Below the pieces are notes generated by a model. The model did no database searches, had not been told where the DNA came from, and was given only the letters and a program-made list of their open reading frames with translations. Positions 1 through 9,393 of a stretch of DNA of 24,337 nt are shown here, piece by piece; positions within the stretch are counted from its first letter, which is position 1; each line of letters opens with the position of its first letter. Source of the stretch: Deltaproteobacteria bacterium. Lineage in GTDB: Bacteria; Myxococcota_A; UBA9160; SMWR01. The stretch covers positions 1 through 24,337 of the forward strand of contig JAQBGU010000122.1 of assembly GCA_032128375.1 (NCBI GenBank), given 5' to 3'. A program made the position numbers and the translations under genes.

Positions 1-1
1 G

Positions 2-352
2 CTCGTTGTTGCCGACCTGCGTGCCGGGCGCCTTCACGACTTGTCCGACGAGGAGTCCCGCTTGCAGGGGCTCGACAAACTTCGCGCAATTCGAAGCGAT
101 CTACCGGCGATTACACACGTCGATGGCAGCGCTCGCATCCAGACTGTGCATGCTCGAACCAATCCGCGCTTCCACGAGCTGCTGTCGGAATTCAAACGCA
201 TCACCGGATGCGGCGCATTGGTCAACACCAGCTTCAATGTCCGCGACGAGCCGGTTGTGTGTTCACCCGACGACGCCTACCGATGCTTCATGGCTACCGA
301 GATGGATGTATTGGTGATCGGAAACTGGGTGCTCTACAAGGGAGAGCAGTAG
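2..352 (+). CDS. Carbamoyltransferase (NodU/CmcH/TobZ family, SxtI-like), C-terminal part only; 5' end lies outside the window
   Basis: The frame is open from base 2 to TAG at 350-352. It contains the characteristic C-terminal domain motifs LPAITHVDGSARIQTV, LVNTSFNVRDEPVVCSPDDAYRCFM and EMDVLVIGN. Confidence 0.93.
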   Translation, partial: LVVADLRAGRLHDLSDEESRLQGLDKLRAIRSDLPAITHVDGSARIQTVHARTNPRFHELLSEFKRITGCGALVNTSFNVRDEPVVCSPDDAYRCFMATEMDVLVIGNWVLYKGEQ

Positions 353-1372
353 GTGGAAGACGATCGCGTAGGCGCTCTCGTCCCGCTATTTCCCGACCGG
401 ATCCTCGCGACACTGAAGTCGCCCGGCGCGGACGACTCGGATTCGATCGAGTTGGCCGACGGCGGGCTTCGTTCGACGACTTCGGGGCAGCTCTTCCCGA
501 ATGTCGACGGTGTTCCCTCGCTTTGGGGTGGTGAAGCCGAAAACGACGACGTTCGAGAGCGTGTTCGGGATTTCTACGAAGAGAACCCTTTCCCGGGTTA
601 TGAAGGCTTGGAGGAGTATGGAGAACTCGTCAACAAGGGACGCAACAACCCGTTCACCGTCGAGCTGTTGAAGGCGATCGGGTACAACAAACTGGTGCTC
701 GAATGCGGCTGCGGTACGGGGCAGCTGAGTCACTATCTGCAGCTCAACAACAATCACGTGCTGGGTGTCGACATGACGCTGAACAGCCTCGCTTTGGCGA
801 TCGAGCACCGGCTGCGCAACCGGTTGTTGCGCAGCAGTTTTGCGCAGATGAACATTTTCGATCTCGCGATCAAAGACGAATCGTTCGATGTCGTGATCTC
901 CCACGGCGTGTTGCACCACACCTACGACGCGCGCAAGGCGTTCGCGTGCGTGGCGCGCAAGGTGAAACCTGGAGGGATCGTCATGGTCGGGTTGTACAAC
1001 TCGTACGCGCGCATCATGACGTGGTTGCGTTCGAAGTTGGTCAAGACTCTTGGAAACCGAATCGACTATGTCGTGCGCAACCAGATACGGGATGAGCGCA
1101 AGGCGAACATCTGGATCCAGGACCAGTATTTCAATCCACACGAGACGTGGCATTCGATCGGTGAGGTGCAGGGTTGGTTCGACGAGAACGGGATCGAATT
1201 TCTCAACTGTTTTCCGCGAATCCTCGGAAGCAGTGGTGAGGATGACCCGGGCTTCTTTGCATCGAGTGACCCCGGAACGCGCTACCAACGCGCGATCACG
1301 CAACTGTCATGGCTCGGAACCATCGCGCGCGAAGGAAGCCTGTTCGATCTGATCGGCCGCAAACGGAAATGA
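353..1372 (+). CDS. Class I SAM-dependent methyltransferase with N-terminal Trm112-like segment
   Basis: Motif I VLECGCGTGQ, acidic GVD after strand 2, and FDVVISHGVLHH ... VKPGG. The N-terminus LKSP...LRSTTSGQLFPNVDGVPSL resembles Trm112-like domains. The GTG start directly abuts the upstream TAG. Confidence 0.88.
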   Translation: MEDDRVGALVPLFPDRILATLKSPGADDSDSIELADGGLRSTTSGQLFPNVDGVPSLWGGEAENDDVRERVRDFYEENPFPGYEGLEEYGELVNKGRNNPFTVELLKAIGYNKLVLECGCGTGQLSHYLQLNNNHVLGVDMTLNSLALAIEHRLRNRLLRSSFAQMNIFDLAIKDESFDVVISHGVLHHTYDARKAFACVARKVKPGGIVMVGLYNSYARIMTWLRSKLVKTLGNRIDYVVRNQIRDERKANIWIQDQYFNPHETWHSIGEVQGWFDENGIEFLNCFPRILGSSGEDDPGFFASSDPGTRYQRAITQLSWLGTIAREGSLFDLIGRKRK

Positions 1373-2598
1373 GCAGGAATGAACGAAATGGCACGCTGAT
1401 GGTTGAGCAGACCGAGCAGAGCCGACGGGTTCGCCGCTTACCAGCGCTGGCGGTACTTCTCGTGAGTTGCATCATCGTAGTGGCGATCGTCGAGGGTGCG
1501 AGTCGGCTGCTGATTCCGAACCGGTACTTCGTCTGGCCCCCGAACTTCAACGCCCGATTCGACGCCGGAGGCGTGATCAACGGTGTCGCATTCCCCGGCG
1601 AGCTGACCATCAACGCCGCGGGAATGCGGGGCGATCTGCCGACGGACGCTACCGAGTACCGAATCCTCGCGGTAGGTGGAAGCACGACGATCTGCGTCTA
1701 TCTAGACGACACACGCGCCTGGCCTTATCTGTTGCAGCAGCAGCTCAATCAGTCGATCGGCCGCGAAGCCTTCTGGGTCGGTAATGTCGGCCGGCCGGGT
1801 CACAACACCGTTCAGCACATCCTGCAGGTCGAAAAATTGATCGATCAGTACCCGCGTATCGATAGCGTGGTGTTGCTGCTCGGAATCAACGACCTGATCG
1901 CGCACCTGCTATCTGTCACCTATCCGGAACAATCACTGGTGCCCGATGCACACCAGAAGCTCGTGATGTCTTTCAGCGTCTTCCCCGGATGGGACGACGA
2001 CACGCCTTGGTTCGAACGAAACCTGATCGGACGCGTGCGGCGCCTTTCGACCTGGCGTCCGTTGCCGGGCACCTCAGATCTGCAACCGATGGACGAGAGG
2101 GGAAATTTCGTGGCGGCGCTGCGGGGGTTCCGCCAGCGTGCAGGACAGATCCGCCGCGATTTGCCGGACTTGAGCGCAGGCCGCTTGAAATATGCGGCTC
2201 GCTTGCGCGAGATCACGGAAATCGCCAAGCGCCGCGGCGTCAGAGTCCTGTTCATGACCCAGCCGACACTGTGGAGCGACAGTCTCTCGGCCGAGCAGCG
2301 CAAGTTGATCTGGGCTGGCGGCCCTCCGCTGCACAAATTGCGAGACGGTGCGACTTATCTGGCTGTCGAGGCGCTCGCCGAAGGCATGGCGCAATTCAAC
2401 GATACGCTGCTTTCGGTCTGCCGCGACGAAAATCTCGAGTGTCTGGATGTCGCAGCGATGATTGAACATTCACCCACGCTGATGTACGACGATGCGCACT
2501 TCACCGATCGCGGTTCAGCGCTGCTGGCGAGTCAGATGGCTGAATTTCTGATAGCGCAAGGACTACCCGCATCGAACTTGCGCCAGTCGTCGCCATGA
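1369..2598 (+). CDS. Membrane-anchored SGNH/GDSL hydrolase-fold protein
   Basis: ATG 1369 overlaps the upstream TGA (ATGA). One N-terminal hydrophobic helix (LAVLLVSCIIVVAIV), block I ILAVGGSTT, block II VGNVG, block III LLGIND, block V YDDAHF. Confidence 0.88.
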   Translation: MSRNERNGTLMVEQTEQSRRVRRLPALAVLLVSCIIVVAIVEGASRLLIPNRYFVWPPNFNARFDAGGVINGVAFPGELTINAAGMRGDLPTDATEYRILAVGGSTTICVYLDDTRAWPYLLQQQLNQSIGREAFWVGNVGRPGHNTVQHILQVEKLIDQYPRIDSVVLLLGINDLIAHLLSVTYPEQSLVPDAHQKLVMSFSVFPGWDDDTPWFERNLIGRVRRLSTWRPLPGTSDLQPMDERGNFVAALRGFRQRAGQIRRDLPDLSAGRLKYAARLREITEIAKRRGVRVLFMTQPTLWSDSLSAEQRKLIWAGGPPLHKLRDGATYLAVEALAEGMAQFNDTLLSVCRDENLECLDVAAMIEHSPTLMYDDAHFTDRGSALLASQMAEFLIAQGLPASNLRQSSP

Positions 2599-2767
2599 AG
2601 TTGTACACTCGACCTGGTCATTGAGGGCCCTCGAGGGAAGTTTGATTATCCCGGACATCGCGAAAACACGGCTTGAATTCTGCACAGGGCTGATCGTGGA
2701 TAGACCGACCTCTCTTCTCCGACAAAGAAAGCCGCACCTGGTCAGAACTTCCGTCGTTGTATTCGCG

Positions 2768-4146
2768 GTGCGGTGTTTCACGATCCTCTCGAGTTGGTTG
2801 GTGCGTTCGCCAGCGATACTGCTCATCGCTTGCGATGGGGGGAGCGCCCTGAACCCTTCCGATATCAAGCCCAATATCGTGATGATCCTGGCCGACGATC
2901 ACGGCTACCCGTATTCGGCTTCATGGGGTCCAGCGTGGTTCGGACGCCTCGACTCGACGAACTCGCTCGAGGGGGCACGGTCTATCCCGTCACCTACAAC
3001 ACCAGCAGTATGTGTCGCCCCTCGCTCCAAACGCTTCTGACCGGCTTGTATCCGCACGAATATCGACGCGCCCAGAGCGATCTCGAAGCATCGGAGGGCA
3101 TCACGCTCCACGGCAGCGAGGTCAGGCGATTCTCGACCCTACCGCGTGTACTCGGTGATCACGGGTATGCATCATTCCAGGCCGGGAAGCTGTGGGAGGG
3201 GTTGTATTCGGACTCCGGATTCAGCGAGGGAACGAAGACCGAGCTGACACCGCAGCCGAATGGGTTTCCGTCCGCCGGGGGGGATATGGGCCTGGATATT
3301 GGGCGCAAGACGATGGCACCGGTGTTCGACTTCATCGACCGAAACGTCGAGACACCCTTCTACCTGTGGTTCGCCCCCATGCTGCCTCATTGGCCCTTCG
3401 ACCCCTCACGCGAATACACTCGCCAATATGACGATTCAGATCTTTCGGATAGCTCCATCCGCTACTACGCGAACATCACACGCCTCGATGCGGTCGTAGG
3501 TCAACTCATCGACCACCTCGAAGAGCAGGGGCTTCGAGACAGGACGCTGATTGTTTTTCTGTCGGACAATGGTTGGGAGCAGAAGCCCGACGAGGTTACA
3601 AAGCTGACCATGGATTGGGGTGGACACGGAAAGGGGAGCATCTACGAACTGGGGATGCGCACGCCGATGATCTTCAATTGGCCGGGCCGGGTTCGCGCCG
3701 GCCAGGTCGAACACGGAGTCGTTTCCACCGTGGATCTTTTTCAGACGCTTATGGATTTTGCAGGAATCACGCCGTTCGACGACCGAAGCGGAATGAGCCT
3801 GCGTGCCGGAATGGAAGGAAATCAGGCGCATCCTCGCAAGCGAGTGATCGGCAGCGCATCGGTGGTGCTTCCTCGCGCCAGCGCTGACAGCGAACAGAGT
3901 TCCTTTACGAACGCCCTCTATCTTCGCGACGCGAAGTGGCACTATGTCTGGGCCCCGAACGAAGATCGCGACTGGCTCTTCAATATCGTGGACGATCCTC
4001 ACGAAGAAAGAGAGGTCTCGGCGCAGCACGCGAAGCTGGTCACAAGGTTGCGACAGGCCATTCGGGCTTGGGAAAACGAGCGCAGCGGGCCGGTCGAGCT
4101 GTACCGGGAGCCCCTCTCCACGACGGCCCCCAAGGCGAAAATCTGA
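2768..4146 (+). pseudogene. Sulfatase (probable lipoprotein) with a single-base frameshift near 2912-2916; may be intact in the real genome
   Basis: The N-terminus LLIAC...KPNIVMILADDHGYPY is in one frame. FGFMGSSVVRTPRLDELARGG...SMCRPSLQTLLTG...FQAGKLW...PHWP...FLSDNG...GKGSIYELGMRTP is in the next frame. TATTC->TATTTC joins them as YPYFGFMG. The GTG 2768 start is uncertain. Confidence 0.85.
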
Positions 4147-5300
4147 GGGAGCGATTCGCAGTCATCGCTCTGGCGGTTGTGGCGCCGGTCGTATTCTGGG
4201 TGTGCATCGAGATCGCTGCGCGCGTCGCGGGAACGCCCCCGTTGAGCGAGAACGACGCATATGTCGCGTACACGACTCAACGTCGCTGCCAATTCAGCTG
4301 GCGGGCGGCAGAAACGGCATGCTCCAATGAGCCATTGAAGCACCCCGACACCAGGCTTCTGGTCACCCTCGGCGGCAGCAGTGTCTTCGGCTATCCCCCC
4401 GGAATCCCGCCCTTCGCAGCGAGGCTGAAGAAGTTGCTCGATCACGCGGCGCCCAACGCCTGGCGTGTGGTGAATCTCGGGCTCCCCTGCAAGAACTCTC
4501 TCTTCCTTCGGAACTGCGCCTATCGCGCACTCGACGCCGGCGCCGAAGTGCTGGTGATTTACGCCGGTCACAACGATTTCGCGGGCTATGGAGTTTGGAA
4601 CCCTTCGCGACAGATCTGGCTCGATCAGAACGCATGGCTCTACGACCTGGAGATGTGGCTGTCTCGGAGCCGCGCTTTTTCAGCACTGATCCGTTTGATG
4701 CGCAACGACACCGCGCCGAATTTGTTCCCGCCGCTGCCCGGGCCCGCGCAGATCGCAGCTGCCCAGCAGATCGTGGCTGCGGCCTTTGCCAGACGCATCA
4801 CTTCCGTCATCGACGCAGCGGCGGCGCGCGGAACTCGAATCATCCTCTCGACCGTCGTGAGCAACCTCTACGAACATCCGGTCAAGCGCGCGGACTGGGA
4901 TTCGAGTCCGCTCTACAACTCGGCCGCTCGGCCTGACCTGGTGGCCTGGGCACAGCGCTACCGGGAGGGGATCGCGCGACACAGGTCCGGCGATTTCGAG
5001 GCCGCGTTGTCGGCGTTCACAGCTGCGCGCGACACCTTCATGCACGGGCGAGCCCCAACGCTGCTCAACGAGCAGGTGCGCGAGCTCGCCTCACAGCATT
5101 CGCACGTGTCGCTCATCGACTTCGAGCGCCAGCTGCATACCTACGCGCCAGAGGGTATCGGATGCAACTTCTTCGGTAACGACTCGTATTGCGACCAGTT
5201 CCACCCGAATGCTCGAACCCACCGGATGATCGCCGCCGCCCTGCTCGATAAACTGCGTGAGCTGGGCTTTGTTCCCGCTCCGGGTGCGCGCCCCCGATGA
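4068..5300 (+). CDS. Membrane-anchored SGNH/GDSL hydrolase-fold protein with a helical (TPR-like) insertion
   Basis: TM helix FAVIALAVVAPVVFWVCI, block I LVTLGGSS, VVNLG, block III IYAGHNDF, block V CDQFHPN, and TPR-like YREGIARHRSGDFEAALSAFTAARD. The start is uncertain (TTG 4068 or CTG 4143, both overlapping the sulfatase 3' end). Confidence 0.82.
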   Translation: MGKRAQRAGRAVPGAPLHDGPQGENLRERFAVIALAVVAPVVFWVCIEIAARVAGTPPLSENDAYVAYTTQRRCQFSWRAAETACSNEPLKHPDTRLLVTLGGSSVFGYPPGIPPFAARLKKLLDHAAPNAWRVVNLGLPCKNSLFLRNCAYRALDAGAEVLVIYAGHNDFAGYGVWNPSRQIWLDQNAWLYDLEMWLSRSRAFSALIRLMRNDTAPNLFPPLPGPAQIAAAQQIVAAAFARRITSVIDAAAARGTRIILSTVVSNLYEHPVKRADWDSSPLYNSAARPDLVAWAQRYREGIARHRSGDFEAALSAFTAARDTFMHGRAPTLLNEQVRELASQHSHVSLIDFERQLHTYAPEGIGCNFFGNDSYCDQFHPNARTHRMIAAALLDKLRELGFVPAPGARPR

Positions 5301-5319
5301 CTGAGGGGGTGGGCGACAC

Positions 5320-5349
5320 TTGACGACGAGTCAGTGACTCACCTGGTGA
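5320..5349 (+). promoter_or_regulatory. Possible promoter/operator upstream of the spermidine-synthase-like gene
   Basis: In a relatively AT-rich intergenic gap, TTGACG (5320-5325) is followed by overlapping palindromes GAGTCA-G-TGACTC (5328-5340) and TCACC-T-GGTGA (5339-5349). There is no clean -10 hexamer. Confidence 0.25.
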
Positions 5350-5463
5350 AATTCAATACACCAATCAGAGTCGAATCGCAAATAGAAAAGGCGTTTACGC
5401 AGTGACCCGAACGATGCTGGCCATGTCGAGAAGCAACGTGCTACGCGTTGTTTCCACAACCTT

Positions 5464-7866
5464 ATGACATCTCGCCGCTTCTACCCTCAAATATTCCTGG
5501 TCTCCTTCGCGGCGCTGCTGCTCGAGATCGCCTATACGCGCATCGTCGCCTTCAAGTTCTACTACTACTTCACCTATCTCGTCATCGGCTTCGCTCTACT
5601 CGGGCTCGGTTCGGGCGGCACGATCATCGCGATATCGCCGAGGTTGCGCGCGATGGCGCCGGGCCGACTGATCAGCTGGTGCTGCTTGCTCGGCGGGCTG
5701 ACCGTCGCCGGCGGTTATTGGACCATCGCGCTTCTGGAGCTCGACACGTTTCGGATGTTCGAGAAGCCCCTCGAACCGTTCCTCTTCTTGTGGCTGTGCG
5801 CGGCGCTGTTCGCGACCTTTCTGGTCGTCGGAACGATTCTCGCCCGCATCCTGACGGCAACACCGAGTGCGGTGCATCGACTCTACGGGGCCGATCTGGC
5901 AGGGGCCGCGCTCGCGTGTGGCGCTGCCGTTCCCGTGATGAGCTGGCTCACACCCCCTTCGGCGGTGTTTGTGGCCGGGTCGCTACTGGTGCTTGCGGGA
6001 GTGCCTCTTGCACGCAGCGAGGCACCGCGCCTGATGATTCCAAGCGCGATCCTCACGCTGGTGCTCGCGGCCCTCGCGCTGGTTCCCGGAGCGGTGCCGG
6101 AACCCGTCGTCGATTCGATCAAAGACCTCAATCCGACTCGGATGGCAGAAACCGGCAGCAAATTGCTCTTCTCTCAGTGGAACCCGGTGTTCCGAATCGA
6201 CGTTTTCGAGAGGAGGAACTGGAACGACCTGAATCTGATCGCGCACGACGGCAACATGGGATCCACCCTCCAGCGATTCGACGGCGACCTCGGAAAGCTC
6301 GGGCGCTTCGATCGAGACCCGCGCGCCTACCCGTTCCGCGTGGGCAAACCAGAGCCTCGGGTGCTGATCATCGGCGCAGCCGGTGGACACGAGATTCTTT
6401 CGTCGCTCTACTTCGGCGCGAAGCACGTGACCGGTGTCGAACTCAACCCCGTCACGGTGTCTCTTGTTCGCGAGCACTTCGCCGACTACACCGGCCGGCT
6501 CGCCGAGAACCCGCGCGTCACGCTGATCAACGCCGAAGGCCGCTCGTTTCTCACCGCCGACGAAGGAATCTACGATCTGATCTACTTCGTGGCACCGGAC
6601 AGCTACACCTCGATGAATGCCGCAGCATCTGGGGCTTTCGTGTTGTCGGAGAGCTACCTGTACACCAGCGAGATGATCCGCGAGACCTTGAATCACCTCG
6701 CTCCCGAAGGCCTGATCTGTATGCAGTTCGGCGAGTTTTTCTACGATCGCAAGCCCAACCGGACTGCCCGTTACGCAGCGACCGCGCGGCACGCGATGTC
6801 CGAGATGGGGATTCGCGATTTCGACAAGCACATCCTCGTCGCGACGAACCCGGATTTCATCAATGTCTCGACCATTCTCCTCAAGAAGACGCCATTCTCG
6901 CGAGACGAGGTCCAGCGCTTCCTCGGCACCGCGAAGCAGATCGACAAGGCTCGGCCTCGCCACGCCTGGGGGTATCAGTTCGACGACGGTCTGGTGAATC
7001 AAGTCATCTCGCTACCGGACAAAGAACTCGAGCGCATGTTCGATACTCACGCCTACAACGTGGGCCCGATCTCCGACGACTCACCGTTCTTTTGGCACTT
7101 CGCGCGCTTCTCTGACTCCATCGGGCGGCAAGCCGACGTCGGTGCTGGCCTACTGGATTTCGACGACGCGATCGGAGAGCGTGTCCTGTTGGTGATGTTG
7201 GCAAGCTCTGCGTTGTTTGCCGGTGTTTTTCTGCTCCTGCCATTCGCGCTGGTTCGGGAGACCTGGGCGAAGCTCCCCTACAAGGGCCGAACCGGGCTGT
7301 ATTTCGGCGCGCTGGGCCTCGGCTTCCTGTTCTTCGAGATCGTCCTGATCCAGCGGCTCACGCTGTTCCTGGGCTTCCCCACGTACTCGCTGATCGTGAC
7401 ACTCTTTTCGGTCTTGATCTTCTCTGCGGCCGGAAGCGTTGCGGCTGGTGCCTACACGGCACGGCGCGACCGCGCGCTGTGGATCCTGCTGGCCGCGCTC
7501 ACAGCAACCGCATCGCTTCACAGCTTCGGGTTGCCCCCGGTCGTCGAAGCCTTGGCGGGTGCGCCGCTGGGGGTGAGGATCATTGTCTCCATGCTGTTCA
7601 TTGCGCCTCTCGGGTTGTGCCTGGGCGCGTTCATGCCGCTCGGCCTGCACACGGTGGCGGGACTCAGCGACCACTCCACCGAGTACGTGGCGTGGGCGTG
7701 GGCGGTGAACGGTTTCTTCTCGGTGATCAGCTCTGTGCTGACGACGATCCTGTCGATGGCTTACGGCTTCAGCCTGGTGTTTGGTCTCGGCGTGGGGATC
7801 TACCTGGTAGCCGTGCTGGTGCTCCAGAGCCTGCCGGCGCCGGGGGAAGAGACGTCGCGCGCCTGA
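5464..7866 (+). CDS. Polytopic membrane protein with central spermidine-synthase-like SAM-binding domain
   Basis: About 7 N-terminal TM helices (LLEIAYTRI..., LYGADLAGAALA), a central domain with RVLIIGAAGG, VTGVELNP, LINAEGRSFL, YDLI, ESYLYTSE and ISDDSPFF, then about 6 C-terminal TM helices (LGLGFLFFEIVLIQRLTLFLGFPTYS, WAWAVNGFFSV). Confidence 0.87.
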   Translation: MTSRRFYPQIFLVSFAALLLEIAYTRIVAFKFYYYFTYLVIGFALLGLGSGGTIIAISPRLRAMAPGRLISWCCLLGGLTVAGGYWTIALLELDTFRMFEKPLEPFLFLWLCAALFATFLVVGTILARILTATPSAVHRLYGADLAGAALACGAAVPVMSWLTPPSAVFVAGSLLVLAGVPLARSEAPRLMIPSAILTLVLAALALVPGAVPEPVVDSIKDLNPTRMAETGSKLLFSQWNPVFRIDVFERRNWNDLNLIAHDGNMGSTLQRFDGDLGKLGRFDRDPRAYPFRVGKPEPRVLIIGAAGGHEILSSLYFGAKHVTGVELNPVTVSLVREHFADYTGRLAENPRVTLINAEGRSFLTADEGIYDLIYFVAPDSYTSMNAAASGAFVLSESYLYTSEMIRETLNHLAPEGLICMQFGEFFYDRKPNRTARYAATARHAMSEMGIRDFDKHILVATNPDFINVSTILLKKTPFSRDEVQRFLGTAKQIDKARPRHAWGYQFDDGLVNQVISLPDKELERMFDTHAYNVGPISDDSPFFWHFARFSDSIGRQADVGAGLLDFDDAIGERVLLVMLASSALFAGVFLLLPFALVRETWAKLPYKGRTGLYFGALGLGFLFFEIVLIQRLTLFLGFPTYSLIVTLFSVLIFSAAGSVAAGAYTARRDRALWILLAALTATASLHSFGLPPVVEALAGAPLGVRIIVSMLFIAPLGLCLGAFMPLGLHTVAGLSDHSTEYVAWAWAVNGFFSVISSVLTTILSMAYGFSLVFGLGVGIYLVAVLVLQSLPAPGEETSRA

Positions 7867-7942
7867 CGTGACTCGGCGCGAAGTCAGATGTCGATTCGCC
7901 CTTTGTTTCGCCGATTGACTCGATTGTTTCGCGCTCGGATCA

Positions 7943-9319
7943 TCATTTCTCTTCGAAGTAACCCAGCTGGCGCAAGCGCTCGAGCATCTCTTGTTCCGCA
8001 CCGGAGGGAAGCGAGGTGATGTGCGGAACCGGCTCGGTGTCGTAGGTCGCGACCTTCGCCTGCCGGGGCGTCTCGATGAATCGGGCCACCTTGCCATCCA
8101 TGTCTTTGGCGACCGGCATTCCCAACCAAGCCAAAAGCGTAGGCGTGACGTCGAGAATCGACATCGAGCGCACGCTCTTGCCACTTTGGATGTCGCGTCC
8201 GCGCGCAAAGATCACGCCGTCGATGGCCTTGTCGGTCTCGTGGATCCCCGTCAGGTATTTCATCCGAACGCCGGCTTCGAAACCGTGATCCGAGACGACC
8301 ATCACGAGGTCATCGGGTCCGTAGTTCGCTACCAGCTGGCCAATCAGAGCATCGGTGTATCTGTAATATTCGCGCAGCGCGCGCGCCCCAGCCGCACGCT
8401 GCTCAGCCGGAAGCCGCATGGGTTCGGGATACAGCTCCGGGTGTTCGATGTTTCCCCACAAGAAGTGCGAGACTCGGTCGACACCTGCCAGGAAGACCAT
8501 CATCAGTTCGGGGTGCAGTTCGTCTTCCACAGCCTGGGCGATCTGAACCACGATTCCGTCTTCGATGAAGCGTCGTGTCAGTTGGATCCGTCGACCTTCC
8601 GCGCCGGGTGGCAGCTTGGATAGGGTCTCAAAAGGGTTTGCCACTTCCGTAACGCGCCGCTCGCGCTCGAGAATGCCCGCCACCCGCGGCTGCCAGGGGG
8701 CGGGGTGCACGAGCTGGCCCAGCGGTACCTCCTCGGCCTTCGCAATTTCGAGTCGGCCCCGAATGTCGGCTCCCATCAGGTGATCTGCGACCATCACACC
8801 GTCGATCGGTTCCAGCGGGTAGGTGTTCCACCAGTTGACGACCCCTACCCGCATGCCGGCGTCGGACGCGATGTTCCACAGCGCATGGACCTTGCGATCG
8901 GTGGCCAACAACAGCCGGGAGTTGCCATCGGCATCGGGCCGCGAGAAGTCGTCGATTCCGTGTTTTTCCGGCTTCTTACCGGTAGCGATCGTGTTCCAGA
9001 TGCGTGGTGAGAAGATCGGAATCGCGGAGCGCAATGCGCCGTGAACCCCTTCGCGCGCGATCGACGCGAGATGGGGCAACTTGCCTTCGGCGATCATCGG
9101 CCCGATCACCCGCATCGAGGCCCCGTCGATACCGATGAGCAACACGCGATGTGCATCCTCGGATCGCTGGCAAGCCGGCGACGCGATCAAGAGCAGCAGC
9201 GATATCAATCGAAGCTGCCATGTCGCGCTTCTGGTCGGAGCCCGCGGTCCGCGGTTCGGGTGGGTTGTCGAGAATCGTCTGCTCAATGGGTACGACCTGG
9301 AGCGCCTGCGCGCTGTCAT
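7943..9319 (-). CDS. Alkaline phosphatase superfamily (nucleotide pyrophosphatase/phosphodiesterase-like) exported protein
   Basis: ATG 9319 is preceded by GGAGAGGG. Signal/lipobox-like LLLLIASPAC, metal motif LIGIDG, nucleophile region IFSPRIWNTIATG, GVDRVSH, VVSDHGF, GIH, ILDVTPTLL, and C-terminal LRQLGYF. Confidence 0.88.
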   Translation of the reverse strand: MTARRRSRSYPLSRRFSTTHPNRGPRAPTRSATWQLRLISLLLLIASPACQRSEDAHRVLLIGIDGASMRVIGPMIAEGKLPHLASIAREGVHGALRSAIPIFSPRIWNTIATGKKPEKHGIDDFSRPDADGNSRLLLATDRKVHALWNIASDAGMRVGVVNWWNTYPLEPIDGVMVADHLMGADIRGRLEIAKAEEVPLGQLVHPAPWQPRVAGILERERRVTEVANPFETLSKLPPGAEGRRIQLTRRFIEDGIVVQIAQAVEDELHPELMMVFLAGVDRVSHFLWGNIEHPELYPEPMRLPAEQRAAGARALREYYRYTDALIGQLVANYGPDDLVMVVSDHGFEAGVRMKYLTGIHETDKAIDGVIFARGRDIQSGKSVRSMSILDVTPTLLAWLGMPVAKDMDGKVARFIETPRQAKVATYDTEPVPHITSLPSGAEQEMLERLRQLGYFEEK

Positions 9320-9393
9320 GGGTCCCTCTCCAGGTCCGATCAGGAATCCGCTCAGTATACCGGCTCGACCGCGGCCAGCAGCACCTGCAGCGC

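Noticed and set aside
2..2598. Saxitoxin or other secondary-metabolite biosynthetic cluster
   Set aside because: No PKS/NRPS, amidinotransferase or other core genes in the window; neighbours are envelope-type membrane enzymes.
5448..7115. 555-aa + strand ORF overlapping the spermidine-synthase-like gene
   Set aside because: Arg/Ala/Pro-rich alternative frame with no motifs; a typical shadow ORF in GC-rich DNA.
7903..7932. Direct repeat TTGTTTCGC x2, 21 bp apart, between convergent genes
   Set aside because: Only two short copies, too short for a CRISPR or iteron call, and there is no clear terminator.
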